A stretch of DNA of 64,000 nucleotides, from the NCBI GenBank assembly GCA_014905635.1, contig JABVCE010000038.1:1-64000 (forward strand), in the 5' to 3' direction. Shown in pieces: positions 35,053-48,700 of the stretch. Positions within the stretch are counted from its first letter, which is position 1. Every line of letters begins with the position of its first letter. Source of the stretch: Scenedesmus sp. PABB004. Lineage: Eukaryota. The position numbers and the translations under genes are program-made. The notes under the pieces were generated by a model. The model had not been told where the DNA came from. It saw only the letters and a program-made list of their open reading frames with translations, and did no database searches.

Positions 35053-37210
35053 TCACTTTTTGAGGAAGCCTGGCAGCGGCAGCACCTCCCTGATCACGCC
35101 CCCGACCTGCCCACAGCAGCGGCGGCGGCGGGCCGCGCATCAGGCGCCGCTGGGCGGCCGAGCGCAGCTGCCGCCGCGCCCCCTGAGCGGCGCGCGCGGG
35201 CCTGCGAGCCGGGGACCCGGGCGCCCCCGCAGCCGCCGCCGCCGCCGCCGCCGCCGCGCGCCTTGCCGGCTGAGTCCGGGATGAGGTCTTTGAGCCCCGT
35301 GTGCGCCAGCTCCTTGGCCGTCGCCGTGCACTCGGCGTAGATGCTGCGGCGGCGGCTGACGGTCGGCCAGCGGCGGAGCGGCGCACGGCGACGCCCGTGT
35401 GCGGCGACCGCGCCCCGTGCCCCTGCCCACCTGCAGTAGCGCTCGTCGACTGCGCGCAGCGGCAGGGGGTGGCGGACGGCGGCTGAGCGCGCGCCGCTGG
35501 CCCGTCCGGCGGGCCGTCAGGGCCGCGAGGACGACGTGCACTGCGCGCGCGCGTCGCCACCTGCGCCGCCTGCGCCCACGCACCTGCCTGCTGGATGAGC
35601 GCGCGCGCCAGCCGGCGCAGCTTGTCGTCACGCAGCACGCCCAGGTCTGGCGGCGGGCGCGACGGCGGCGCAGCGCGGTGGCAGGCGCCGCGGTCGGCGG
35701 CGCCGGGCTCCGCTGCTCGCCTGCCGCGGCCGCGGCCTGCGGCCGAGCGGCTGCGCCCGGGCGCGGTCCCTGGCGCGGGTCACCCACCGTTTGGGTCGTC
35801 GTAGAGCTGCGTGATCGTGTCATACTCCACCTCCAGGTCGTGCTCGACGCAGTGCTGCTCAAACACCGCCACGCCCCTGCGCCCGCGGCGGGCCGGGCGG
35901 CGGGGCGACGGCCGCGCGTCGCCGCACGGCGCACAGCCGCGCGGCGTCGCGCCGCCGCGGCGCGCGCCGCGCCTGCGCTCCGCCAGCTCCTTGCCGTGGA
36001 GGTGCCACTCGTGCGCGAGCAGCATGTCGCGCAGGTGCTTGACGCTCTGCAGCGGCCGCGGCGGCGGCGGCGCGTGGCTGGGCCGGGCGCGGGCCTGTGG
36101 CCCGAGGCCGCGGCCGCGGCCGCGGCCGCGAGCCCGCGCCGCGAGCCTCGGCGCCCGCGGCGGCCGTTGGCCGACGCTCGCTGGCCCCCGGTCTGTCCGT
36201 CCGCGGGCCGCCGCACCTCCAGGTAGCCGCGGTTGAGGTTCTCCGTCAGCGACGACTGCAGGCGCTTGAGGTCAAACAGGCCCCCGCCCTCGTCCGACTC
36301 GTCCTCTGCGGCGCGGCGCCATCGCGGCGCGGCGCCATCGCAGCGCGGCGCGGACGCGGCGCGGCGCGGCGCGGCGCTGCGACCACCGCCGCTGACGCTG
36401 CTGCTGCCGCCGCCCACTGCTGCCGCGCTGCGCCCGCCGCCCCCCGCCCGGCGCCCCGCACCGTCGTAGCCCTCATAGTCTGGCACGTCCTCGGCGTCCG
36501 CCTCGGCCAGGGCGGCGGTGTCTGGCGGCCGCGGCGCGCGTGGCGTGGGCGCGCGCGCGCGGGCGGGCACCTCCGCCGCGCTGCGCGCCGCGGCCGCGCG
36601 CCGCCGCACCGTCCTGCGCCTCGCCGGCGGGGCCCACCCCCGCGGCGGCGGCGGGGCGGGCGCTGCGGGCCTTGACGTTGTGCAGCAGCGTGACCAGCGT
36701 GCCCTCCAGGCTGTCCAGGCGCTTGTCCAGCGCGCGATACCTGGGGGGCCGGCGCGTGGCGCGCTCGGCGCGGCGCGCGTCCAGACGCGCGGTCGCGCGC
36801 CGCGCGCCCAGCCGGCCGGCCCCTGCGCGCCCCCGCCCGCCCGCCCGCCGCACTGCGAGGCCATGTCGTCCAGCTGCGCCTGCAGCTTGGCGCCGCCGCC
36901 GGGCCGCCGGTGCGCGCCGGCGCCGTCGTGGCCGGCCGGGGCCTTCTTCGCCGCCGCGGCTGGCTCGGCCTCGGCGCCGCCGCTGCTCGGCTTGAAGCGC
37001 GCGACGCCCGGGGGCGCGCGCCGCGCGGGCGGGCGGCCTGCCGGCGGCGGCCGATCAGGGGCCCCATGCGCGGCGGCAGCACGCGCGGCAGCAGCGGCAC
37101 GCCGCGCTGCGCGGCGCGCCTGCCAGCGGCGCACCCCACGGGCTCCGCCCTCCGCCGCCGCGCGCCACGGACGGCGCGGCGGGCCGCCCCGGCGCCGCCG
37201 CGCAGCGCAT
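35053..37210 (-). CDS. Hypothetical protein, possibly organelle-targeted, ~9-10 exons
   Basis: Arg/Ala-rich N-terminus, then spliced exons YRALDKRLDSLEGTLVTLLHNVK, LFDLKRLQSSLTENLNRGYLE, SVKHLRDMLLAHEWHLHGKELAER, VFEQHCVEHDLEVEYDTITQLYDDPN and VGGVIREVLPLPGFLKK-stop. Confidence 0.7.
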
Positions 37211-37809
37211 GCTGCCGGGCGCCGTCGTCGTCGCCGGCGGGGGCGCGCGCCGCGCGTGCGAGGGCGTCGGTGGTGCTGGCGTGGCTGGCGCGGGCGAGCG
37301 TCTGTGTGGGCGGGGCGCACGCGCGGCCGTGGTGCGGACCGCCGCCGACTGACGACGCCCCGGCAGGCGCGGCGCGACCGCCCGGCATCCGAGCTGCGAC
37401 CGCGCCCTGCTCGTCGCGCAGCGGCGCCTGGCCCGCGCGGCCCGCCGCCCCCTCGAGCCCGCCGCGGCCCGCCGGCGACGGGCGTCTGCCAGCCGCCCGC
37501 CGCCGCCCGGGGCCCCGCCGGGCCTGGCGCCGCGACCCGCGGGTGCGCGCGCGCGTCCCGGCGCAGACCGCGCCGGCTGCGGCTGCGGGCTCAGCTGTGT
37601 GAGGCGAGGGCATGGAGAAGAACCGCGCCGGCCCAGCCCCAGCGCTCCAGCCGGATCAGCCTGCGCCAGGCTCCGCCCGCCCGAGCACACGCGTCCATTC
37701 TCTCCCGCCGCTCCACCGACACGCGCCGCCCCCCGATCAGGCCGCTAGCCGTTGCTGCTCCCCCGCCCCTCCCCGCTCGCGCGCCGCAGCGCGGCCCCAG
37801 ATCGCCGCC

Positions 37810-38470
37810 ATGTATTGCGGCTGCAGAACCTGCTGCGGTAAGCTGACCTGGTGCTTCACCGTGCTCTTCCTGCTCTGCGCCACCGTCGGCCTCGCCGTGG
37901 GCCTCTACTTCACCGTGCCCTGCACCCGGTGAGGCCCCCGGCCCAGCCCGCGCCGGGGCGCGCCGCGCCGTGCCGCCGCGCCGCGCCGTGCGCGCGGAGC
38001 GCCGAGAGGCCCGCATGCGCCCCGGCACCGCGGGCGCATCCCGGCCGCGCAGCCCCTGCCGCGGCGCCCGTCGCCGCTGATCGCGGCGCCCGGCGCGTCC
38101 CGGGCGCCCGCGGCGCCTCGGGCGGCCCCGCCCGCCCGGCGCGGCCACGGGCCGGGGGCGCCGCCACTGCTGGCAGCTGACGCACCCGCGCCGCGCCGCG
38201 CCGCGCGGTCGCCGCTCGCAGGACGCTGATCCAGTGCAACCCCGCGGTCAACGGCGCCTGCTGGAGCGCGTTCTGGACGTGCAGCGGCTCGGGCAAGGCC
38301 AAGGGCGTGTACTTCTTCCTCGCCGTCGCCGGCGCCGCGTGCTTCCTGCTCTCCCTCATCTCCTGCTGCTGCTTCTGCTGCCAGAAGAACCCCCGCGCCA
38401 AGGCCGCCAAGCAGGTGCGCGTGCGCGCGCGGGGGGGGGAACCGCGGCGCGGCGCGCGCGGCCGGGAGCC

Positions 38471-38511
<41 letters not shown>

Positions 38512-38791
38512 GCGCGAGGCGGGGGCGCGCGTGCGCGCGCGCGCTGCCCCGCCCCTCACCCTCCTGCCCGCCGCTCACCCTCCCTCCTGCCCGCCGCTCA
38601 CCCCGCCTGCCCCCCCCCCCCCGCACCTGCAGGACCAGTTCATCCAGGGCACCACCGGCGCGGCCGCGGGCACGGGCGCCGCGACGAGCAGCGACGCCGC
38701 GACGACGGGCTACGCCGACCAGTATGCGCCCGGGTATCAGGCCTATGACCCGTACCCCAACACCGGCAAGCCCAGCGTGGCCCACGTGTGA
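37810..38791 (+). CDS. Small Cys-rich protein with two transmembrane segments, 3 exons
   Basis: MYCGCRTCCGKLTWCFTVLFLLCATVGLAVGLYFTVPCTR|TLIQCNPAVNGACWSAFWTC...VYFFLAVAGAACFLLSLISCCCFCCQK...KQ|DQFIQG...VAHV-stop; GT-AG introns in frame. Confidence 0.8.
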
Positions 38792-39214
38792 GCGAGCGGG
38801 GCGCGCACGCGCGTGAACCCAACACGGCGCGCGCGGCGCCCCGACCGCCGCGCATGCGCGGCGCCGGCCCGCGCGGAGTGGGCGCGCGCAACGCGACGCG
38901 ACGCGCAGCAAGCAAGCGAGCGAGCTCCCTGACCCGCGTTTGACCAGCGGCGTGGCGGCAAGCACTTGGCGACGGGCGGCAGCAGCTCTGCCGCGGGAGG
39001 GGGCGCCCGCCTCGCCGCCCCCGTGGCGCGCGGGGCGCGGCTGGGGCCGCGCACGCTGGGCCAGCACTGGCGGCGGGTCGCGCGCAGCGCGCCCGCTCAC
39101 ATTTCTTGGCAAAGCGCTGGACGCCGCTCGCGGCTGACGGGGCGGGGCCGAGGGGGCGGCGTGGGGCGCTCTGAACAGCTCAGTAACAAACGAGCTCGCG
39201 TCACTCCGCGCTCC

Positions 39215-42200
39215 TCACGCCCACGCGCGCCCGCTCCCGCCGCCGCCGCCCCCGCCGCCGCGCTTGCCGGCGGCCGCGTCCTGCTGCTGGGCCGCCGCGG
39301 CTGCCCGGATGTTGGCCGTCAGGTAGTTTCGACCGCCGCCGCCCGCGCCGCGGCGCGCCGGCTCGCGGCGCGCTTCGTCGCCGGCGCGCGCGCGCGCCGG
39401 CGACGGCGCGGCCGGCGGTCGTGTCGCCGTGCCAGCGGTGAGGTAGGTGCCGGATGGCAGCGCGTCGCGCGCAGGCGGGCGCCACTCGGGCTGGCGGCCC
39501 CGCACGACGAACACGTGCTGCGCGTCCGGCGTGACGACCACCAGCTTGCCGACCACCTCCTTGCCCAGCTCCCTGCGAGGGCGACGCGGGCGAGGCGGTG
39601 AGACCCGCCAGCGGCGGCCGCCTCGTGCACGTGCTGCAGGGCCCCTCCCCTCACTCACTTGCAGAGGAAGGTCACGGTCAGCGGCGCGGGGCCAGCGCCG
39701 GGGCCCCCGCCGTCGTCGCCACCGTCGCCGCCGCGCGGCGCCGGCGGCAGCACGCTGCGCGCGGGGCGCACGTCAAAGTTGAGCGGGCTGTCCGGCGTGA
39801 ACTCGGCGGTGAACGGCTGCGCCTGGCCGCCGCTCGCGTAAAGGCGCAGCGGCAGCTCCGCGGTCGCGCCCATGTGCGCCTCCAGCAGCAGGGTGCCCTC
39901 GCAGTCGGGCGGCGCCGCGGCGAGGTGCAGGTCGTACAGCCAGCGCGCGCCGCTGCTCGCCGACACCGACAGCTGCGCGACCGCCGACACCGCCCTGAGC
40001 GGCGCAAATGCCATCCGGAAGCGCAGCGCCGGCGGCGGCGGCGGCGGCGCCGAGCCCTCGGCCGCGCCGCGCGCGCCGGCGTCCTGCGGCTGCGGCAGCG
40101 CGTCCAGCTGCTCCAGCGCGAGCGCGCCCGCGAGCGCGGGGCGGTGCTCGTCGGGCAGCACCAGCGCGCCCGTGAAGGTCACGCCGCGCGCCGGCGCGGC
40201 GGGGTCGAGCCCCGGCAGCGGCACGACCAGCACCTCCTCGGCGCGCTGCTTGGCGCGGCACTTCAGGCGGAAGCTCACGCCCCGCGCGTCGGCGTGCGCG
40301 AGGCCGCGCACGGCAAAGCGCCACACGGGCGGCGCGGGCGCGGGCACCGGCGGCGCCACCAGCTCCAGCTCGAGCGTCGCGCCCGCCTCGCGCAGCACGG
40401 AGGGGCGGAACGTCACCGGCAGCGCGAGCTCGCCGCGCGGCGGCACGTCGACCTCCGCCAACTGCTGCACCACCGCCGCGCCGTCGGGCGCGCCGCCGCC
40501 GTCGCCGCCGCGCGCCGGCGGCGGGGGCGCGGCGCGCGCCTCCGGCAGCGCGAGGCTGAACGCGCCGGGCGGCTCGGCGCTCAAGAGCGACACGCGCACG
40601 CGCGCGGGCGCCGCAAAGGGGTTGCGCCACGCGAGGCCGGCCGCCGTCGCGGGCGCGCCCAGCGGCGCATCGACGACCGCAGACTGGGAGCCGCTCGGCA
40701 GCTCCCCCTGCGCCGGCGGCGGCAGCAGCAGCAGCGCAGCGTTGCGCACGCTGGAGCGCGCGGGCGGCGGCGACACCCCCGCGCCCCGCGGCGCCCGCAG
40801 CGGCGCCCGCGCGCGCCGCGCCACACCTGGCCGCGGCACGCATACTCCACGCAGCCCGCCGTCTCGCTCTCCACGCGCACGCTGCCCGCCTCCTCCACGC
40901 CCAGCGCGGAGGGCCGGTACTCCACGGCCAGCTCCGCGCTGCCGTGCCCTGGCAGCGTGAGCGATGCGGGGGTGACAGCAAACACCGCGGCGTCGCTGCT
41001 TGCCGCCGTGAAGCGCGCGGGCTCTGGCGTGGGGTTGGTGACCACGACCACGTGCCGCGCCGCGCAGCCCAGAGGCACGACCAGCAGCGGCAGCGCCTCG
41101 GGCCCGCCGGGCGTCGCCTCCATCGCCACGCGCCACCAAAACTCACCCGCCTGCGCGCGCGCGGGCGCGGGCGGGGACCGCGTGGGCGGCCGCCGCCGCG
41201 GCGCGCATGCGAGCACGCGAGCACGCGCCGCGCGCCGCGCGCACACCTCGTCGCTGACGAGGCGCAGCACGCCGTCCTCGCGGCCCGGCAGCAGCGGCGC
41301 ATAAAAGCACTCAAAGGTGCACCGGCCGGCCGGGGGCGCGGTGAAGCGGCCGGGGCCGACCAGGCTCGCGCAGCTGTAGTGCGCGGTCAGCTGCAGCGGC
41401 TTGTCGCTGGGGTTGGTCAGGCTCACACGGATCGCCACCGCCTGCGCAAACGGGGCGAGCGGGCGTGGGTCGCCGCGGCGGCGGCGGCAGCACGCGCCAC
41501 CCACCCCCGCACCTGGCGCACGGCGCAGGCGACCGACACGAGCCCCAGGTCGGGCGGCTCCGACGCCCGCACCTGCGCGGCCGCGCGCGGCGGCGCGGGT
41601 TGGCGCTGCGCGCCCCGTCGGTGCGCCCGGAGCCACAGAGCCGCGAGAGCGTCACGGCACCCTCGGTGTGAGAGGCCTGCACAAGTGCACCCTAAACCCT
41701 CACCTCCACCGAGTACCAGGCCATCCGCCCGTCCTCTGCCACAAACGACACGGTGCCCCAGGTCGTGCCGCTGCGCAGCGCCAGCACGCCTAGCTTGTAC
41801 GTCTCGCCCCTGCGCCGGCGGCGGCGGCGGCGGCGGGCCTCGTACTCCTGGCGCGCGGCGGCCCAGGGGGCGGCGGCGCCGCGGCGACCCAGGGGGCGGC
41901 GCTGTGTGCGGGGCTGCCAGCGCCGGGCCCCGCCTGTTGGTGCTGGTGCAGGCGTGCGTTGCTGGGCCGCTGAGCGCGTCCAGGTCGGCGAACACGCTGT
42001 ACACCAGCGGCAGCGCGCCGGTGATGTTGGGCACCTGCAGCCGCCGGCTCGCGGGCGACCGCGCCTGCGCGGCGCGGCGCGGCGCGCGGGGCGAGCGTCG
42101 GGCGGCTGCCGGCCGCCGCGCCGCAGCGCGTGCGCAGCATGCGGGCGACAGCGCAGCGAGCGGGCTGGGAGAGAGCTCTGAGAGAGCTCGTCGCACCTCG

Positions 42201-42680
42201 CAGTCGATCACGACGTGCCCCTCCGCGAGCGGCTCGCCGCCGCGCCCCGTGAGCGTGTACGTGTTGCGCTCCCCCGTCGCGGCGATGGACAGCTCAAGCG
42301 CGCCGGGCCAGGCGCCGCTGCCAGGCGGGGTGAAGGTCAGTGGGTACGCGCCCGACGACCGCGGCGGCACGACGACCTCCCGCGGCCCGCTGAACCCGCG
42401 CCCCGTGAGCGTCGCGACCGCGCAGAGCGCCGCGTCGCCGGGGTTGACGACCGGCACCTCCTGCACCACGCTCTGCCGCGCGGGGCACTCCAGCTCCAGC
42501 ACGCACGCCTGGCCCCGGCTCTGCGCCGACACCTCCAGGTCGACCACGCGCACGTCAGCCGCGCTCGTCAGCGTCAGCCGCGCCGGGTAGACCCCTGGGC
42601 CAAGCGGCCTCAGCGACAGCCGCAGCACGTTGCCGCCGCCGCCGCCCGGCTCCGCGCCGCCGCCCGCGGCGGCGTCCGCC

Positions 42681-42714
<34 letters not shown>

Positions 42715-45700
42715 GGGGCGCCGAGGCCGGCGGCGCGCCGGCGGCGCCCGCAGCAGCGCGCAGCGTGAGCGCGGGCGGGCAGGCGATGAGGGCGCTGGAG
42801 CAGGTCAGCGCGTAGTCGAGCACCCGCTCGCCGCGCTCCTTGTCCACGCGGCCGATGTCGGCGCGCAGCCGGCCGGCCTGCTCCTTGTCGCGCGCGAGCG
42901 GGTGCTTGTCTGCGTAGGTGCGGCGCGCCGCCTCGAGCTGGTTGTTGCTGAACGGCAGCACCACCTCCACCGTCTGCGCCGGCCGCGTGCGGGGCGGCGC
43001 GTGCGGGGCAGTGTCAGACTCCGCGGCGGCGGCGTCAGACGCGGGGGCGCGGCGCGGCCGCCCCGCCCCGTCGCGCCGGCGGCGCACCCACCTGCTCGCC
43101 CGCCAGCCCCACCGCCGCCTTGTGCACCAAGAACGGCGCCGGCGGCAGCACCTCACCGACCAGTTCGATCGCGCACTCCCCGCTCTCGCTGTCGGCCAGC
43201 ACCAGCAGCGCACGCACGGCCGGCGGCGGCGGCGGCCCGCCCGCCTCGGCCGGCTGCGCGGGGGGTCCCGGCGGCGGCATGCAGAAGGGCAGGAAGGACA
43301 GCCGGACCTTCTCGCTGCCGCCCGTGCGCAGCCGCAGGCGGTGCCTGTCGAGGCCAAAGGGCTCGGGGAACGCGGCAGCGGCCGCCTGCGCGGCGGGCGG
43401 CCGTGGCGGTGAGCTGCGCGCCGTGCGTGCGCGCGACCCGCGCCCGCCCGCAGCACGCGGCCGGCCGCGCACCAGCGCCAGGCGCCGCTGCTCCTCCGCG
43501 CGCTTCTTGGCGGCGGCCGCCGCCGCCGCGCCCGCGGGCCGCGCCGCCGCGCCGCCGCCCCTGTCGCCCCTCTCGCCTCCGCCGGCGGCAGCGTCGGCCG
43601 GCGCGGGCGGCGGCAGCGGCACGAGGGCGAGACTGAAGTCGCAGTCTGGAGGGGGGCCAGTGGCGGCGCGCGGGGTGCGTGAGGCGCGGCGCGGACCCGG
43701 CCGGCAGCGCACGGCACGCAGCGCAGCGCGGCGGGCGCCGCACCCGCTGGGAAGGGGTTGGTGACTGTGAACTCCTGGGTCGCCAGCTGGTAGAGCGGTG
43801 CTGCCACGCACACGCGGCGCAGCGGCGCGCGGCCGTCGACCGTCCCACGGAGGGCAAACACGAGCGTCGCGGCCGAGGCGGACGGCCCGTCGCGCCGACT
43901 CATCAGCACGAGGCGCGCCGCCTTGGGCATCGACGTGGCGGGGCTGAACTTGATGGGCACCTGGTGGGCGGGCAGGCAGAGAGGGGCGACCGAGGGGGTG
44001 GGTTGGGGAGGGTTTAGGGAGGTCAGCGAGCGCCGTGGCGGCGGCCACCCCAGCGGCGCGGCCCTGAGGGGGGCAGCCTGGCACCGCGGCGCGCCTGCGT
44101 GCTCTGCCCCGGGGCGATCGTCACGACGCTCGCCTCCAGCGCAAAGTCGGGCGCGCCCTCGACGTGCGCGGCGTAGCTCAGCTGGCGGCGCGTGGGGTTG
44201 GCCAGCTGCACCTCGCGCACCTGACGCACCGGGCGCGGGGGCGGCGCGAGCAGCGTGCGTCAGCGGTGGCACCGGGTGCGCCCCGAGCCCCCTCTGAGTC
44301 TGGGCCAGCAGCGCAAGTAGCCGGCCCCCGCGAGGCCAGCCACGCGAGCCGCACCTGCTGCTGGCCGAGGGTGCAGGCAAAGTCGAGGCTGGCGCGCGGC
44401 AGCAGCTGCGGCAGAGCGCCAAAGAGGAAGGTCAGCAGCAGGACCATGCCGACGGGCTCGCCCTCCTCCAGCTCCGCCGCCGTGAGCTCATACGGCAGGC
44501 ACAGCTCCTGCGGCGGGACAGGGCGGGGCCGTTGGAGGGGCGCCCAGCGGCGCCTCGCCGCCCCCCCCCCCCAGCTCTGCACTCGCCCCTGAGCCCCGAG
44601 GTCGCGGTCGCGCGCCTGCATCGCCTGCACCACGAGCTCCTGGTTCTCTCGCACGTGCCGCGGCTCGGCCGAGGCGCGCAGCTTGGCCGGCAGCGCGCCC
44701 GCCGCGCCGCTCGGCCAGTGCGCGGCCAGCAGCGCGCCCAGCGCGAGCCCGTCGCGGAGGCCGCTGAAGCTCGTGATCGGCGCGATCGGCGCGGCCGAGG
44801 GAAAGGCGCGCGCCAGGTGTGCCGACAGCCAAGCCAGCAGGCACGTCTCCGCGCTGCCGTGGATGTTGCTGCCGGCCAGCGCCTCGTCGCTGGGCGCCGC
44901 CGCGCCGGCCGGCGGCGCGGTGGACGCCGCGTCCCCGGTGACCGGCGCCCCCGCCGCGGCGCCGCCGGGCGTGCTCGCCGCCGCCGCCGCCTTGCAGACG
45001 CCTGCTGCGGCGGCCCCGCTGCGGCCCGGCTGCCCCGCCGCCGGGCCCGCGTCGGCCGCGGCTCCGCCTGCGGCAGCGCCCGCAGTCGTGGACGCCAGCA
45101 GCGTGCGCACGGCCGCCGGCGTGACGCGGGCCAAGACAAAGAGCTTCATCACCTGCCGCCGTGCCGCGGAGCACAGCGCCGCACAGCGTGAGTGACAAGG
45201 CGGCAGGCGCGGCGCGCAGCAAGCGCCCAGCCTCTGGCGTGCTACGCCGCGGCCCGCGCGATCAGCCCCCCCCCCCCCCCCCCCCGCGCCTGCAGCAGCA
45301 GCGCGTTCCAGGCCTGCGCCGAGAGCGCTGGGAAGCCCTCCTCCACGGGCGCCCACGCCTCGAGCGCCGCCTCGGCCTCCGCGTTGCCCGCCGCCGCGGC
45401 AGTGCGGGCCTCCATGAGGGCTGTGAAGTCAGCCTCCGCCAGCAGGAGCTCCGGCTTGATGCCATTGACCAGCCCGCCCAGGCCGCGCAGGTGCGAAAGC
45501 ACCGCCTCGCACACCGCCAGCGCCTGCTGCGCGGCCTTGGCCTTGCCCGCGCCGGGCCGGCGCGCGCCGCCAGCGCCCTGCGCGCGTGGGGCCGCGCGTC
45601 GGCCGGCCGGCGCCGGCGGGCCGCGCCGCGGCCCTGCCAGCGCCGCGCGCACCTTGAGGCTGACCGGGCGGCCGCCCAGCGCCTCCACGAGCTCCACCAG

Positions 45701-48700
45701 CAGCTTGCCGCGGCTGGCGCGCAGCGCGGCGCGCAGCGCGCCCGCCGCGCCCGCCCAGGCGCCGTCCGGCGCGGCGCAGACCGGCAGCCCCGCCGCGGCG
45801 GCCCAGCTGCGAGGCATCACCGCGGCGAGGTACTTTGGCACGCCGGCAGAGAGGTGCAGCGGGCCGACCGCCTCGTCCGCGGGCATCGAGTAGCGCGGGC
45901 TGTCCGAGAGCGCCGGCGGCCCCCCGCCGGCGCCCGGCGCGAGATCGAGCGCGCCGGCGTTGGCCTGGACGGCGGCGGGCGGCGGCGGCGGCGCCGCGGC
46001 GGCGGCGGGCGGCGGGCGGCGGCGGCGGCGCGTGTCGGGCGCCGCCAGCCGCATGGCTCTGCGACCGGGCCACGCGCGCGCTGCCACGCTGTGCGTGCTG
46101 TGCGCCCCGCGCGCGCGGGGCCGCACCGCCATGAAGGGCCCGTGGCTGAGGCTGCAGTCGTCGGCGCCGCCAGTGATGGCGATGCTGAACGCGCGGCCAC
46201 CCGCGTCCAGGAGGTCAACGATCGCGGTGAAACCGAGCGGGCGGGGGCTCACGAACGAGACGAGCACCGGCAGGCGCTCCTTGGCCAGGCCTGGCGGCAG
46301 CCGGCGCGTGCGGCACGGCGGAGGGAGCGGCGGCGGTCAGCGGGGCGCTGCCAGCGAGACGGCCGGGCGCGGGGAGGGGCGGGGCGGCCGGGCGGCCCGC
46401 GCGAGCAGGCAGGCTGGCTGGCGGCGCACCAATGAGGTTCCCCTCTGGGAAGCTCAGGCTCAGCGGCGCCCAGCCGCCGTCGGGCGGCAGCCGCACTGCG
46501 GCGCGGCGGCGGCGGCAGCAGCTGAGCGCCGGCGTGCGGCCGGCGAGCCATGCGTGGCGCGGGCGCTGCCGGCGCACCGGTGAGCTCGAGGTTGTCGTAG
46601 CCGTCGTTAATGATGGTGAAGCGCCCGCGCGCCGTCACGCCCAGCGGGACCTGGCGGCAGCGGCGGCGGCGGCCGCGCGGTCAGCAGCGTCCCCTCCCGA
46701 CCTGTGCGACGTCGCCCCACGCCCGCCCCCGCGCGCCGCACCGTCGGCAGGAGGCACTCGGGCACGTCAAAGGTCAGGCGCGGCTGCACGCCCTCGCCGC
46801 TGAGCGCGAGGGCCATGTAGGGGCTCGCGCCGGGGCCGGCCGCGCCGAGGAAGATGGGCAGGCGGCCCTTGTAGCGCCGCGCGTCGGCGGGCGTGAAGCG
46901 CAGCGTGAGGCCGGCGCCCTCGTCGGGCCCCAGGACCACCGCCTCGCCCGGCGGCGCGTCCCAGCCCTCGACACCAAACACGCCGAGGCAGGCCGCCGCG
47001 GGGTCGTCGCCGCAGAGCGGCGCCCCGAGCGCGACGCTCAGCGGCGCCTCGGTGTTGTTGCGCAGATACACCTCCGCCGCGTACGGGCTGCGCCCGGGCG
47101 CGCCGCGCCCGCGCACGACGCGCTCGCCAAACGCCACGGCCGAGCTGCTCAGGATGAGCCGCGGCACCACGCCCTCGCCGCTGACCGGCACTGCCAGCGG
47201 CGGCGGCGGCGCGGCGCCCGGCCCGGCGCCCCCGCGCGGCTGCTGGTGCTTGCGGAGCTGCCCGGCCGCGCGGAGCCGCCGCGCCGGCCGGCGGGGCTGC
47301 CCGCGCGCGGCGCGGCGGGCGCCACCAGTGCAGGCCCCGGCGCGGGCGCCGGGGCGCCGCTGTTGTGCAGGACCAGGGGCAGCGCAAACGCCACGGCCTG
47401 GGCCTTGGTCGGCCGGAAGCTGAGCGTGAGCGGCAGCGTGCTGCTTGGCGAGAGCTGGATCAGGAAGCGGCAGCCGCCGCCACCGCTGCCGGCGGCAGGC
47501 CGCCCTCCACCGTGGCCGGTGATGCTGTGACGCACGTGCGCGGGTGCGCAGGGGCAGGGGCAGGGGCGGGGCGCGTCGCGAGGGCAGGGGGGAGAGCGCT
47601 GCGGCCGGCCGCCGCGGCCGCCCGCCGCGCCGCGCCGCGCCGCGCAGGCGTGCCGCGCTCACCGCCGCGACGCGCGCTTGCTGCCGAGCGCGCAGGCCTC
47701 CCCGTTGGCGCCGATCTTCTGCACGGGGCACGCGGCGTAGCCCGCGCCCGCCCAGGCCTCGCGACTGAGCAGGAGGTCAAACTCGGGCGCGTCGGCGAGG
47801 TCGCAGAGCAGCGTGGTGGCCACGAGCGTCGCGTTGACCAGGGTCAGCGGCGCGCACGAGGCGTCGCCGATGAAGGTGGGCGGGAACGCGACGCCGCCCT
47901 CGGCCACGTGCACCGCCGGCAGCACCGCCTCGCCCCTGCGCGGCAGTGGCGGCGGCGGTGGTGCGCGGCCGCCGATGGACGTCGGCGTGTGGGCGGCAGC
48001 AGTGGCAGCAGCCACGGCGACAGGCGCGGCGCGCGCCTGATGGGCAGCCCGAGCGCCTTGCCGCCCCGCACGTCCACCTCCAGCACTGCCGAGAACGGCC
48101 CCGGCTGCGTGGGCAGCAGCGACACCTCCAGCTCGGTCGCGCCCTCCGCCGGCACGCGGCCCCGCGCGGGCGACACGGCGAGCGCGCCACTTGCGGTGAC
48201 CTGCGCGGCGGGCGCGCAGCTCGCGCCTCGGCGCCCGCGCTGCCGCGGCGGCGCGCGCGCACGCGCGGCGCGGCCGGCCCGCAGCGCGCGCGGGCGCACC
48301 TTGAACGCCGCGTCCGCGGCGCCAGCGTTGCGCAGCGCCACGACCGCGCCCACGCGCTCGTGCAGCGGCACCGGCCCCAGGTCGAGCTCGCGCTCCCTGA
48401 AGCGCAGCTCGCCCACCGCCAGCTCGCCGTGCAGCGCGACCTGCTTCGGCGCCGCGTCGCCGCCGCCGCGCAGCCGGAGCGTCATGAACCCGCTGTGCTG
48501 GCAGCCCAGCGCCGCCACGGCGTCGCCGCTCGGCGGCGCGGCGGCGCCGGCGCCGCCGGCCAGGTGGACTGTGATGGCTGCGCCGCCGCCCGCGGCGGCG
48601 GACGGCGCGCCGCCGCTGTCCCCCGAACCGCCCGCCTTGCCGCCGGCTGCTGCGTTGCCAGCTGCCTTGCCGCGCGGCCGCGCCGTCGCAGCCGCCGCTG

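Noticed and set aside
45266..45285. Intronic poly-C/G runs (also ~6074, ~8800, ~12004, ~63752)
   Set aside because: Common homopolymers of unreliable length; nothing specific supports a function.
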